Source: Octopus sinensis (taxonomy: Eukaryota). From it: a DNA stretch of 64,000 bases. The translations under genes were made by a program, and so were the position numbers. The notes under the pieces are model-generated. The model was not told where the DNA came from, searched no databases, and saw nothing but the letters and a program-made list of their open reading frames with translations. Below, piece by piece: positions 1 to 14,180 of the stretch. Numbering within the stretch: the first letter of the stretch is position 1; every line of letters starts with the position of its first letter. The stretch covers positions 46,066,001 to 46,130,000 of the forward strand of contig NC_043003.1 of the NCBI RefSeq assembly GCF_006345805.1. The letters run 5' to 3'.

Positions 1-1261
1 GTGCGGCAACGTGGGCGGGAGCAGGGGAACGAGCCGGGTTGGGAGGTAGGGTCAGGGAAGGAGCTATGGACCAAAAGGTCTCGAAGGTTGTGGGCTCGTT
101 TGAAAGAGGGAGGGGGGTCGGTTAGGGAAGAGGTGTGAAGTGGACGGGTCGGACTGGAGATGACGGAAAGCTCGAAGAATGGTGCGTTGGAGACGTAGGG
201 TCGTGGGGTGGTAAGTGAGGGGAAAAGGGAGGCGGGAGACTAAGGGCGGGTTCGGGGAGAGAGAGCAGATACACGGTCCACGGACCGTGCTCTGGCAAGG
301 GCGGTGTGGATAGTGGTGAGGGGGTATCCACGTAGGTGTGAAGTGGTGAGCCATACGTTGAGACTGAGTCTCAAAGTCATGGTCGTCACTACAGAGCCTA
401 CGTAGACGGAGGAATTGGGAATAGGGGATGGAAAGCTTGGTGTGTTCTGGGTGGGAGGAAGAGAAGTTGAGATATGAGTGTGAGTCTGTGTGTTTGTAGT
501 GAATGGAGGTGGTAAGAGTGGAGTGAAGAATGCTAACCGAAATGTCGAGGAAGGAGACGGAGGTGTTGGAGATAGTGGAAGTGAAGTGGAGGGCTGGATG
601 GAAAGATTGGACGAAAGAGAGGAAGGAATCTAGATGTTCACGGGAGAGTGAGGTGGCACCGATAATGTCGTCAATGTAACGACCATATAGTTCAGGAGTG
701 GGACCAGTGAAATTAGAGAATATTTGGGCCTCAACATAGCCAACGAACAGGTTCGCATAGTTGGGGCCCATTCGCGTTCCCATGGCCACTCCCGAGACCT
801 GATGGTAGAACTCGCCCGCGAACGAGAAGCAGTTCAGAGTAAGGACAAGTTCGGCCAGACGAATGAATGTGGAGGTGTCAGGTACAGGGTTAGAGCGGAG
901 GTCAAGAAAGTGTCGAAGGGCCTGCAGTCCTTCGTGGTGAGGGATAACAGTATAGAGGCTTTGGATGTCTATAGTAAAAAGGATTTTGGAGGAGCCGGGA
1001 GGAAAGGAGAAAGAGTTGAAAAGCCGGAGAGCATGGTTGGTTTCGTGGATGTGGGAGGGAAGAGATGCCACTAGGGGGGCAAGGACACGGTCGAGGCATT
1101 TAGAGATGAGCTCCGTGGGGCAGTTACAGGCGGAGACGATGGGGCGGCCAGGGTTGTTGGGTTTGTGGATTTTGGGGAGGAAGTAAATGGTGGGGGTACG
1201 TGGGGTTCGCACAATTAGGTTGGATGCGGTGCGGGGGAGACGGGAGGACGAGATGAGGTCG

Positions 1262-1262
<1 letters not shown>
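1..1262 (-). mobile_element. Penelope-like retroelement (PLE) RT and start of GIY-YIG region; 5'-truncated, frameshifted, runs off the window start
   Basis: ORF 64..1308 has PLE RT motifs: YFLPKIHK..PGRPIVS, DIQSLYT, GVAMGTRMGPNYANLF, RYIDD, FLD, SSHP, SIPYSQFLRLRRLCS. Frame changes near 335, 245 and 110 recover RGYP, FPLTYHP and SFKRAHNLRDLLV, followed by PCSRPRCR (start of the CxxxxCxxC before GIY-YIG). The 5' side abuts a (TA)n tract at ~1265, so the ORF's N-terminal YI-repeat is microsatellite. Confidence 0.92.
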
Positions 1263-1305
<43 letters not shown>

Positions 1306-1349
1306 CATATATTTACATATATATGTCCAACTCCTAAGTGTATTATAAA

Positions 1350-1396
<47 letters not shown>

Positions 1397-1975
1397 GAAC
1401 AACTTTTGTGTCCAATATTTCAAAGCGCTGAAAAAAAGCGATAAAGAATAACATGTAAATATTCGGTTGAAAACCCTCTTTTGGGTGGATAAAAGCGAAG
1501 GCTGCCCCCAGAATAGGAAGCCACAGGCCAGCAAATTCATGGAACAGCTGTGTGAATGTTACACATTATGATCAACCAAAGAACGTTTCGTTATTATTTG
1601 TTGAATTATTAAGGAATCACTCTGTCAATCCAAAATATGTATATCAAATCGGTACGCTATAACCGTCACAGAGTGAGTAACAATAATCTTAATTGAATCT
1701 TGAGGATTTCGATGAATTTCGAATTCCTGTGCACATACCGTAGATAAAAATGGTCTTCGAAGAAATAGAGTTACTGTATATACGGACTTTAACTTGTTCG
1801 ACTTCGTCAAATCTATAGTTTAATCGTGCGAGCAGATCAATAAATAGATTTTGGTTTGTAAGAAAGACGGTTGCGTGTATTTTAGAAAATGATGATTTGC
1901 ATAATTAAGGAAGAAAGGGCTAATGAGAAAACACAAGAAAGCTAGGACATGCAGCCAAAACAAAGGAAAAACTAT

Positions 1976-2260
1976 AAATCTATCTATCTTTCTATCTATT
2001 TATCTATCTATCTATCTAATTATCGGTATATCTGTCTGTCTATCTATCTATGTATATATCTACTTATATATTTATATATTATATATATATATATGTGTAG
2101 ATATATATATATATCGATATTATACATAAATGTGGATAGATTAATTTTCTCTCGGGAATTTAGAATTATATATCTGTTTATCTAAGTATCTATCAATCTA
2201 TCAAGCTTACTTCTATAGCTATCTGTCTATGTATCTATCTATCTATCTATCTATCTATCC

Positions 2261-2303
<43 letters not shown>

Positions 2304-2330
2304 ATCTATCTATCTATCTATCTATCTATC
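1976..2330. repeat. (TATC)n-rich compound microsatellite
   Basis: Long TATC runs read directly; one of many in the window. Confidence 0.95.
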
Positions 2331-2646
2331 GCCTTATTTGTTAACTTATCTAATACATACAAACACATGCACCCATATAATCACATATTTGCATATATAC
2401 ACATTCACGCGTACATACATGCACATATTTACAGTCACATGCATACGTACACGCTTTTATAAAAAAACATATATACACATATACAAACACACTCTCCTTT
2501 ATATATATGTATGTATGACTGTATGTACGTATGTATGTACGTATGTATGCATTTCTTTCATTAAAGAAATTTCAATAAATGAAGAATTTATTGCTTACAT
2601 CAATCTTTCTCTGAATTATGCAAAGTCATGCCGCCGACTTTTTTGA

Positions 2647-2678
<32 letters not shown>

Positions 2679-2730
2679 TCATGTATATATATTTATTTAT
2701 ATGTACTTATATTTGTGTGTATATATACAT

Positions 2731-2770
<40 letters not shown>

Positions 2771-3388
2771 ACACACATATATCCGTACACACACACACAC
2801 ACACACATATATATAAATATACATATATACATACATGTATACAAATGTTTAACTTCATTTCCTTGCATTATGTTAATATATATTTCATCAGTGTATTGGC
2901 TGTATATGTATATATATATATACATACATACACAAATATACAAGCGCGCGTGCATAGCACAAGCTTACAATCATTCATAGATGCACACATCATACATACA
3001 CTCATATTAGTGAGTGCGTGTGTGAAAGAAAAAAAGAGAGGGAGAGAGAGAGAGAGAGAGAGAGAAAATGGGTTTTGGGTGGGTGGGACTGATTCAGGCA
3101 TTTCTTTGCACGTTCAAAACAAATTTGATTCTTAATTCAAATTACGTAAGATAATCGGAAGACATTAGATATCAGACAGAAGATATTAATTCTCAGACGT
3201 ATAAGTTGTAAACGTATACGTCATATAACTAGAGAAAATTTTTTCTGTTCAATCGCTCACTAAAATTATTTTCATTAAAAAACGCTCTCTACGTAGGAAC
3301 GTGCGGTCGCTATTCAAAGTGTGTCCATTTTAGCATGTATATCAGGTTTCTTTTCACGTTAATTTCATATTGTCTGACACTGAACACA

Positions 3389-3426
<38 letters not shown>

Positions 3427-3436
3427 CATGATACAT

Positions 3437-3471
<35 letters not shown>

Positions 3472-4252
3472 ACATGATATATATATATATATATATAACA
3501 GGATATATAATATATATATAGATATATAATATATATAACTTTATATATATATATATATATATAATATATAATGTAAGCATTTATATATGTATGTAGCTAT
3601 GTGTCTATGCATATATATATATATATATTTATGTATATTTGTCGGTCCCCTTCTTTATGTAATTATTTGAAATCTTCCTGAAAGGAAGGAGCTGGTTTCT
3701 AATACAATGATCCATTGTTGGAATGTAGATAACGAAAACAAATTCGCATTTTGTATTTGAGAAATCTCTTGCATATATTTTTTTTGATTCGTTTACAGAT
3801 TGTTTTTTTTTTCTTTTTGCTGCACCAGCAATGTATGTATGTATGTATGTATGTATATACATGAGTATTTTTGCATATATATGTGTACAAACGTATTTAT
3901 GTATTTACGCATATATGTATGTACATATGTATGTATGCATGCATTTATGTATGTGTGTGTGTGCATGTACGAATGTATATATGCTCACTTAAAGCAGCAT
4001 TTTGTCTTATTTCCTCACGTAAATGCAGCCTCAGTTTCTCTCTTTATCTAACGAAAGAAATGTTGTATCCTTACCACGTCAGACAAAAGGTTTAGCATCA
4101 CATCTTTCGACTCTTTACATTCTGAGTTCAAATCTCGCCGACGTTATCTTTGCCTTTCATACTTTCGATTTCGAAGAAGTGGAGTCTATATAAGTATACA
4201 TGTATATATATATCCATTCATCTATCTATCTATTTATCTTTCAATCTATCTA

Positions 4253-4293
<41 letters not shown>

Positions 4294-5103
4294 AATGAAC
4301 TTTTAGATAATAATAACCATTTGCTTCCTACAAATATAATTATAATAGGCGGCTTTGTCTTCATAAATACATGCACACACTTATAAACATACCATATATA
4401 TGCATATATGTATGTGTGTGTATATATATGTGTTTGTATCTGCGTGTGTGTATTTGTGTGTGTGTGTTTCTCTGTGTGCGTGTGAGTATCTGTGAGCATG
4501 CGCGCGTGTGAGTGTGTGTGTATGTGTGTGTTTAATAAATGACATGTAAGGGTAGAACAGTGAATTAGTTCGGTAAGAAAATTCCTTATCACATTCATGG
4601 ATCATATAGATAAACTAGAGATAAAAGAACAAAAAAAATATATAGACTGAGTAAATAAAAAAAAAAGGAAGAGTGAGGCAGACAGACAAACGAAGAGAAA
4701 GACATATCTATGTAAAAAGTTTATGCGCTATCCATACACTTGAAGTCATGTATGCTGATAACTAAAGTATATGTTCCATCTTACCTCTCTCAATTTACAC
4801 CGTCATGGATAAACTAAAACCTCATGCTGTGTGTAATGGCATGGAAATCAAGATGTTTCGATATTGGAGAATTCTCTTGAGAATTGGATCACTATCAGGA
4901 CAAGCTCTCTTTCCATTCAGTTTTCTTCTCATTCAATGATACGGAATTGGATATATTTGATTTATCTTTCAAATGATTTTTCTTGTCTATTTAATAAATT
5001 TGTTACTTGATTTCTCTTGCAAATTATACTAAACCTTTAAATTAATATAAATTTCGGTGAGTTAACCGAATTAATATTTATGGGCATTAATATTTATGGA
5101 CGT

Positions 5104-5800
5104 TAAGGGGGTGAGCAGGGAGAAACATTACGGTGCCGGGCACATTGCTATTCGTCTATCTTTAAGCGACATTTCGTCCATCTTTAAATCCTGAGTTCAA
5201 ATTCTGCCGAGGTCGGCTTTGCCTTTTGTCCTTTCGGGGTCGATAAATTAAGTACTAGTTATGTACTTAGGGTCGATGTAATCAACTTACATCCTGTCCC
5301 TAAATTGCTGGCCTTGTGCCAAAATTCGAAGCCAATATTTATAGACATTAGGGCGGCAAGATGGCGAAAATATTACAGCGCCGGGCAAAATGCTTCGCGG
5401 CATTTCGTCCGTCTTTAAGTTCTCAGTTCAAATTTCGCTGAGGTCAACTTTGCCTTTCGTTTTTTCGGGGTCGATAAAATAAATACCAACTAAGAATTGG
5501 GGTCAATGTAATAGACTTACATCGTTTCCCAGCAATGATGACCTTGTGCCAAAATTTGAAGCTAATATTTTCATGTAGCAATTGAAGATGGACCTGACAG
5601 TATTGTTAGCACGCCGGGTACAATGCTTAGTAGCTTTTCGTCCGATTTTACGTTCTGAATTCCTATTCCACCGAGGTCGACTTTGCCTTTTGTCCTTTCG
5701 ATCTGTCGATAAAATATGTACCAATTGAACACTGGGGTTGATATCATTGACTTGCACCCTTTCCCGAAATTGATGGCCCTGTACTAATATTTGAAACATA
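5104..5800 (+). mobile_element. Three head-to-tail copies of tRNA-derived SINE family A (core resembles the Meta/MESC SINE domain)
   Basis: Each copy has a head with A-box-like TGGCAGAATCGTT (degraded) and B-box-like GAGTTCAAATTC, then core GTCGACTTTGCCTTTCATCCTTTCGGGGTCGATAAATTAAGTACCAG and tail TTGCTGGCCTTGTGCCAAAATTYGAA. Copies start near 5104, 5350 and 5585. The Meta/MESC assignment is from memory of that core, not from a search. Confidence 0.85.
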
Positions 5801-5819
5801 TAAATAAATAAATAAATGT

Positions 5820-6064
5820 GCTCTTTTAAAGCTTAGCCAGGCTCATGGGCCCGGTTTCCCGGTTTCTGTGGCGTATGTGTTCCCCAACTGGACGGGATGC
5901 CGGTCCATCGCAGCGTTACTCATTTTTGCCAGCTGAGTGAACTGGAGCAACGTGAAATGAAGTGTTTTGCTCAAGAACACAACGCGTCGCCCGGTCCAGG
6001 AATCGAAACCACAATCTTACGATCATGATGCTGATACCGTAACCACTAAGCCACGCGCCTCCAC
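5820..6064 (-). mobile_element. tRNA-derived SINE family B, tail type 2 (V-domain-like)
   Basis: Minus strand reads GGCGCGTGGCTTAGTGGTTA ... GGTTTCGATTCC, then the family B core (GTGTTCTTGAGCAAAACACTT...TTGCTCCAGTTCACTCAGCTGGCAAAAATGAGT), then GCTGCGATGGACCGGCATCCCGTCCAG, which resembles the V-SINE central domain. Confidence 0.8.
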
Positions 6065-6401
6065 ATTTGAAACATTTATTTATGGATATTTTTTCTTTGT
6101 CTGTCAATGAATGTTGGTACACTTTTAGTAAAATAGTTTAGGCTGACATGTTTGCTATGTATTCTGGATCTACATCTAGTAGTCTGTGTTGATTTCATTC
6201 TTTAAACTTTTTCCTGGTTTTAAAAATGGATCAAAAGAACAGTGCTTTTATTTGCTTCTATCAACCCTCACTAATTTATCTGCTTCTTGTTTTGTCTCGC
6301 TTTTAACAGAAGACCTAGTAAGCAGAGATAACACGTTCTGTTACAAACTGTTTTAAATATAATACACCAAATTTTGTACTTCCCAAGTTGATATAATTGT
6401 G

Positions 6402-6455
<54 letters not shown>

Positions 6456-7594
6456 CATGTACATATTAGATAAATTTAGAAGGAAACCAACTAGAGAACA
6501 ATAACCCAATATTCAGCTGATGACAGTGAATATGATAATATACAGTGTGTGTTTGAGACTCCCAGAACGAGACGGATATCTTTAGAGTTTCCGCCAACAA
6601 ATTTATTAACATTGTACTCACAATAGGCAAGCTTAGCTTTCGGCATAAATTTTCGCTTATAATTTATGTAATATTTCTTTATATCGACATTGTTCATTTT
6701 GATTATGTTTCTTTTGACAGCATTGACATTGTATTATCTTGACATTGTTTCATTTTGACATTGCTCACATTGTTCGCAGCTAGCATTATTCACAGAATTA
6801 ATGTTGAGAATAATGAACTTATAAGAACATGGAAGAACTTTCAACTGAGTTTTTGTTTATATCTATTTTTAATTATTTTCGCTAAAACAAGAACCAGCTG
6901 AATACAGATGTATAAATGTACAATTTACAATTTACATTTTCGTGTAAGCATATTTCACAGATGAGATCCAGATATTCTCCGTATAGAGTTAAACTTTGTA
7001 GTGCTTACAAAATTCAAACTTTTGCTCTGATGTTATGTGCTTTCGATGTCTTTACAGGGGCTATTCCACAAGGTAAAGAAAGGCATAAGGGGGATCAGGT
7101 TGACCAGGTATAGAAGCAAATGTGGGGATAAGCAAATTAGACACATCAATATATAAAGTATTTTAGATACATGAAATACGAAATGTTGGATTTGTAATAC
7201 TTTTTTTCAACCTCTTTAATTCAGGATATCATTTCTATTCTGTGTAAGTCGGACTTTTTTTTATGTTAACATACATACATTTTTTGTATTTCATGTATTT
7301 TATATACTTTGTATATTGACCTGCCTAACTTGCTTATCCTTTCATTTACTTCTCTGAAATACAATAAATGTATATAGGTATACATATAAAAAGGTTCAAC
7401 TTACACAGAGTACAAATGACATAGAAGGTTAAGGAGCGGAAGAAAGGTGTTACAAAACCAACAGCTGTTTCTGGGGGCTCTGCGATCTATAATAATGCTT
7501 GTAGATTAATTCTATCATAGAATGTGACCGTATGGATTCATTTAACATAGGATGGGACGAGCCTATGTCTTCAGGGAAGAGATCTTAAATGTGT

Positions 7595-7666
<72 letters not shown>

Positions 7667-7819
7667 GTGTGTGGTGCGTATTTCAATACGCTTGAGTGTA
7701 TGGACGCATCTATGTACGTATGAATAGATATGTTTAGGAAAGGAAGCCTGTGAATTCTTGCGATAACGTGTATCCGAATAAACCGTATATATGTATCTAT
7801 ATGGATATATACGTTTAGG

Positions 7820-8102
7820 GAAGACACGTGGCTTAGTTGTTAGTGTGTTCGGCTTGCAGTTATAAGGTCATGAGTTCGATTCCCAACGACACATTGTCTC
7901 CGTGAACAAGATACTTTATTTCATATTGCTCCAATTCACCTAGTTGTAGTACCTGTGTTGAATGGGCCAGCCTTGTTACACTCTGAGAACTACGTTAAGG
8001 GGACGCATGTCTGTGTAGCCATTTGCACGTTAAATTCATAAGTTGGTTGTTCCGTTGGTCGGATCAACTGCAATCCTCAACGTTGTAACCGACGGAATGC
8101 TG
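7820..8102 (+). mobile_element. tRNA-derived SINE family B, tail type 1
   Basis: Head CGTGGCTTAGTTGTTAG ... GAGTTCGATTCCC; tail ends GTAACCGACGGAATGC; collinear with 19411-19731. Confidence 0.82.
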
Positions 8103-8277
8103 ATCACTTACATTTATATATGTATGGAAATTATGAAGATGCACAAAGATGAATGTGTATGTAGTCTCTGGCTAACTGTCTCTCTCTCTCTCTCTCCACT
8201 TTCTCTCTCTCCCTCTGTATATATATATAATATATATTATATAATAATTATATATATATATATTATGTATGTGTATA

Positions 8278-8991
8278 TCTTTATATATAAAACTGAGAAT
8301 GTGTGTCTGTCTGTCTGTTTCCCTAAAACTTGAGGAACTACACAACCAATTTCATTCAAATTTTATACATGCCTTACTTAGGGTCCATGTAATTTCATGG
8401 GCAAAAAAAAATGTTCAAACGTCTTGCCTAGAGCGAGCCCATAGCAATACCATATCTTCTCCACTATTTCAGTATTACGTGTTAAAAGTGAAACAAAAAT
8501 ATTTCACTATTTTATGTCAGATGCTTTCACTTTAACAATAAAAATAATAATAACAATTGAATTATAGTAGTAAGTAATAATTAAATCAAGCTAAAGTATA
8601 ATATAATCGTAACATACAAAAGTAAAAATAGCAATTGGTATAAAATTGCATCAATGATTTGAACTTGAATAAGTGGTTTCACATGAATGGGAATAAATTA
8701 AAAATAAAATTAGCGTGCAGAAATGGAATAGTCCAGATGGATAATAAAAATTAAATTAAAGAAAAGACTATTGTCTATGAAGTATACAATGTAGAGAAAA
8801 AAGAAGAGCTAACAATTCCAGTCTGTATATATTTTGAGTATTGTTATCACTAGCGATATCAAGATATAAACTTTGTTTTGCATCTATGTGTAGATGTATT
8901 ATATAGATATACATGTAATAAGTACACAATATATATACACATATTACATGCACTAGCACTATGACCCGGCAACGACGGGTCTTTAATGCTA

Positions 8992-8992
<1 letters not shown>
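8278..8992 (+). mobile_element. Non-autonomous Helitron, copy 1 (715 bp)
   Basis: Starts TC (8278-79) after an A and ends CTAG (8989-92) before a T. A GC-rich hairpin GACCCG-gcaacga-CGGGTC (8963-8981) lies 7 nt before CTAG. There is no TSD. A second copy is inverted at 27825-28954. Confidence 0.88.
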
Positions 8993-9046
<54 letters not shown>

Positions 9047-10179
9047 ACGAGAGAGAGAGAGAGAGATGCGGACACATAGACACACACCCAAGCCACACAT
9101 ACGTTATATATATAATGTGTGTGTGTGTGTCGTGGAAGGTCAGTAATTTGAAACACTTGGCAGCCATGTCTAGTGAGAGTTTACTTTATAAAAGTATCTA
9201 ATAAATTTGTATTTTTCTTTATTTTATCGTTGCAATAAGGATGAAAAAGCAAATTTTGACCTCAACAGGATTTGAGCATAAATCATAGAGCTGGAACAAA
9301 TTTCCAACTTTTTTTCTCTTTTTCTTTTTTTTGGGGGGGGGGCTGTGCGCTCTAACACTTTTTTTTTCAGCTCGCTGCTTTGACACGTTTCTAATTTAGG
9401 CACAGCGCCAGCAGTTTTCGACATGAGAGGATTTAATCGATATCGTTCACCTTCTGATTGGTATTGTATTTATTAACCCCAAAAGGAAACGCAACGTTGA
9501 CCTCAACGGAATTTGAAGCTCAGAATGTAATGAGCCGAACGTCGCAAAGGCATTTCATTGGATGCGTTAAAGACTCAGACAACCTAATATCTTAGATCAT
9601 TCCTAATCGTGTGGCACAAGAATTGAAATGTGAATGAAGAATATTAGTGGGTTATATCAACCCCAGTTCATGACTGTTAATATAATTTGTTGAGTCTAGA
9701 GAAATGAGAGCGCTGGAAGAAATAATGCAAAACATGTTTACCTGACGCTCTAACTACTCCGCCAAATGATGACAAAACCATCCTTTGAGCGGTTTAAAGT
9801 TCACATTATACCAAGAATGTTATTGGTTCTTAATAACGTAATTCGTACCATGTCTATTTTTGTACATTCCCGATTAATATACGTTGAGTCATTTAGAAGG
9901 AAAAAAAAAGTCTTCACACCTTTGTAAACTAACTATACTCGTGATTTTGTGTTTGTGTCTTTGTGTCTTTGTGTGTGTGTGCGTGTATGTGTGTGTGTGT
10001 GTGTTCGGGATGGTGTACTCGGCCGGGGGCTGTAATGTGTTATAAATATATATATATTTATAAATATAATGTACATGTAAACACATTTCGTCGAATATCT
10101 AAACACCGCGTAGATATTGAATAATAATTGGAAACACAGACACATCATTTACGTACGCGCCCGTCCAGACACCGAACTA

Positions 10180-10391
10180 AATATATATATTATATATATA
10201 TATATATATAATTATATATATATATATATATACGTGCATGCATACGTAACACATACATATACATACACTCATATAGATAGGCGTGTATATATATATATAT
10301 ATAATATACATATATATACATATGCATATATATATATATGCATATATATGCATATGTATATATATATATATGCATATATATATACATATGC

Positions 10392-10422
<31 letters not shown>

Positions 10423-10448
10423 GCATATATATATACATATGCATATAT

Positions 10449-10494
<46 letters not shown>

Positions 10495-11182
10495 TATACA
10501 TATATATAACTTCAGACATCTATACATATATTTTTGTGTAACTATGCATACATGTACATGCACATACAAATGAATGCACATATATACATATAAGCGTACA
10601 TTCACATTAAACCAACATTTCATACACACACACACACACATGTGCCATATGCATGCACACTCACACACGCGCATACTCATAAACAAACGCACATATACGC
10701 ACATACGCATGCATACCCACAGACGCATAATCAATTAAAATTGGGAATGAAAATAGCTGTTCTGTTTTCTGCTTGATTACACCTGTTCGAAATTAGTGAT
10801 TCATTCATTCCATGGTTCCAATATTCGATTTGAACTTTGTGTGTCTCTGTATTCCTCGATTTCTCACACATTCTTATACACAAAATAAATGCCTCTCATT
10901 CACGCACACCCATATAATAAACTGATATACACATACATACTTATGAATATGTATACGTATATACATGCTTACTTGTACGCATACATGTATACATATACAT
11001 ACATATGAATATTCACGCATACTTCTCACATACATTATATATATACATATATATATATATATGCATATATATATACATATATACATATATAGACATATAT
11101 ATATATACATACATATAAATATACATATATACACATGCATATATATATACACATATACACATACATAGACATATATACATAC

Positions 11183-11215
<33 letters not shown>

Positions 11216-11238
11216 CATGCATATATATATACACATGC

Positions 11239-11277
<39 letters not shown>

Positions 11278-11280
11278 ATC
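10180..11280. repeat. (TA)n/(TATG)n/(CA)n compound microsatellite block
   Basis: Read directly; the source of the many YI-repeat ORFs. Confidence 0.95.
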
Positions 11281-11599
11281 ATGCACGCATTTCTATCATT
11301 TTACTTATAATTCGATTTCACTGAATGTTTACGAAAATGCCTCAAGTCGCATGACCTAATTGCATTTGTTCATATCCACAATAAACACACACTCCAACAG
11401 TCGAAGCCCTAAGTCTAATAATAATCTCTAACCCCTAACCCTAACCCCGAGCCCTTAATCCATAACCTAACACTTTTCTTTTCAACTCCAATACCTTCTC
11501 TCACTTTCGTTTTTCTTTTATATTTTTTTTTTCAAATATATATTCACGACTGTCTTCAATACCGACACCTCCATTTTAATTTGGATAGAGCTATAGTAT

Positions 11600-12940
11600 C
11601 ACTACTACCACCACCACCACCAACACACCACCACCACCACCAGCAACAACAACATCAACAACACGAAGACCACGATCTTCTTAACTAGTAACACCACCAC
11701 CACCACTACCAGGTCTTCTACCAACATCAACACCACCGCTATACCACTGTCACAACCAATACCACCACCATTACCACCACTACTACCTTCACCACCACCA
11801 CCACCATCACCATCGCTATCCCCTTCCACTACCACCATCAACACCAACACTAAAACCACCATCGCCGCCAGTATTACCACCACTACCGCCACAATAAACA
11901 CCACCATCACCACCACTGCCACCCCCACCACTGCCATCCCCACCACTACCACCACTAGTATCCCCTTCACCACCACCACCACAACCACAATTACCAGTAC
12001 CACTAGCATCACAGTTATCACCGCCACAACCATCACCACAGCACCATCACAATCATCACCTCCACCACCACCACCGGCATCACCTCCGACACCACCACCA
12101 CCACCACCACAACCACTACCACCATCACCACCACTCCCACCCCCGCTACCACCATTACCTTCACCGCAACCACCACCACCACTACCACAATTACCAGCAC
12201 CGCCAGCATCACTGTTATCACCGCCACAACCAACACCACCGCCACAACACCATCACCATCATCACCACCATCACCACCATCACCACGATCTCTAACAGAA
12301 CTACAACCATCCAAGATACTACCCCCCCACTACCATGACGTTCTCTAACACCACCACTACCACCTCCCACCACGAACAGCACCATTATCACCACCATTTC
12401 CATCACCACCATCGAAACCAAAACTATCACACCCAGTATCCACCTTCTTCCCCTACTACCTCTGCCAGCACCACCTTACCAGTGACCCCTTATCTAACAC
12501 CATTGCCTCTACTACTATTATCACTCCCACTATCTCCCCAACCACCAAAACCACCGCCACCACCACCACCACCTCTATCACTATCAAATCCAATACCACC
12601 AATGCCATTTCCACCGCAACGACGACAACATCTATGCGTGCGTCTGTAACAATCACCGCCGCCGTCACCCATGCTACTATTTCTCCCATGAAAACTACCA
12701 CCTTTGCTGCCACTGCCTATACTTCAACCACAGTCTCCGACACTATTATTTCCATTGCAATCACCAATTTTATTACCCACCACCACACCACCACCACCAC
12801 TAATACCTCCACCACCACCACAACCACAACTACTACTATGTCTACGACATGTTGCGTTTGCTATCACAATTACTCTTATTTCTTTAGCACTGCATTACTA
12901 CCACCAGCACAACTTCCATAGCGATTAATCAACTACCACC
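11600..12940. repeat. Decayed (ACC)n trinucleotide low-complexity region with an internal ~204-bp duplication
   Basis: ACC/ACT-rich. ACCACAATTACCAGYACCRCYAGCATCACWGTTATCACCGCCACAACC occurs near 11983 and 12184. Confidence 0.85.
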
Positions 12941-12942
12941 AC

Positions 12943-13915
12943 AGGGCGACGAGCGAGCAGAAGTATGCCAGATGCTTAGCTGTGTTTCGGCTATCTTTAC
13001 GTTCTGAGTTCAAATTCTGCCGAGGTCTGCTTTGCATTTCATCCTTTCGGGATCGATAATATAAATACCAGCTGAACAATAGGGTTGATGTAATCGACTA
13101 GCGCTCACCCACTAAAGAGTTTCAGACCTTATGCTTATCGTAAAACGAATTCATCTATAACCACCATCACTCAGATACACTTGTTGGCTAGAAATATTGC
13201 TTCTAACTCCTCCAGTATTATTTCTGTACTACTACAACATTAACCCTATAACCATGACTACCAGGAACATCATTATTGCCACTACAGCCATCATCACCAT
13301 AACTGATATTATTGTGCTATGAAGGCGGTGAGCTGGCAGAATCGTTAGCGTGCTGGACGAAATGCTCATCGGCCCGTTGCTACGTTCTGAGTTCAAATTC
13401 CGACGAAGTCGACGATGCCTTTCGTCCTTTAGGGGTCAATAAATTAAGTACCAGTAAAACACTAAGGTCAATGTAATCGACTAGTCCCCTCCTCAACAAT
13501 TTCAGACATTGCGTCTATAGTAGAAAGGATTTAAGGCGGCGAGCGAGCGAAATGCTTAGCGGTATTTCGTCTACCGCTACGTTCTGAGTTCAAATTCCGC
13601 CGAGATCGACTTTGCCTTTCATCCTTTCGGGGTCGATTAAATAAGTACCAGTTACGTACTGGGGTCGATATAATCGACTTAATCCGTTTATCTGTCTTTG
13701 TTTGTCCTCTCTGCGTTTAGCCCCTTGTGGGTAGTAAAAAATACGTATTTCGTCTGTATTTACGTTCTGAGTTCAAATTCCGCCGAGGTCGACTTTGCCT
13801 TTCATCCTTTCGGGGTTGAAAAATTAAATACCAGTTGCGTACTGTTGTCGATCTAATCGACTGGCCCCACTCCCCTAAAATTTCGGGCTTTGTGCCTAGA
13901 ATAGAAAAGAATATT
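12943..13915 (+). mobile_element. Cluster of four head-to-tail SINE family A copies
   Basis: Same head and core as 5104-5800. Copies start near 12943, 13321 and 13533, with a head-truncated copy at ~13745. Confidence 0.88.
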
Positions 13916-13956
13916 ACCGTCCTGTCTCTCTGTCGATTACAATAGTGAGTGTTCCA

Positions 13957-14180
13957 GTTCATACGATCAACCGATCAGCATGCTAGTGAAATTAATGTGC
14001 AAGTGGCTGAGCACACCACAGAAATGCGTACTCTTAACCTATTTTTCATTTAGATTCAGCCTGACATAGAAGGTGGCCAGCTGAGTAAATGTGAGCAACC
14101 AGAAATAGTGTCTTGCTTAAGAACACAACGCGCCGCCAGGAATCGAATCCACGACCTTATGATGAAGCCACGCGCCTTCA
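13957..14180 (-). mobile_element. SINE family B (tail type 1), internally deleted
   Basis: Reverse complement of the family B head, core and tail. Confidence 0.72.

Noticed and set aside
724-1186. Plus-strand ORFs overlapping the Penelope RT, and 33145-33541 over the CR1 RT
   Set aside because: These are antisense shadows of GC-richer retroelement coding sequence.
6690-6790. Repeated TTGACATTGT motifs suggesting a coding repeat
   Set aside because: All minus-strand frames contain stops; it is a short decayed minisatellite.
1923-11359. Dozens of YI/CV/HT/LSIY-repeat ORFs here and throughout the window
   Set aside because: They are translations of (TA)n, (TG)n, (TATC)n and (TATG)n microsatellites, which lack stops in some frames.
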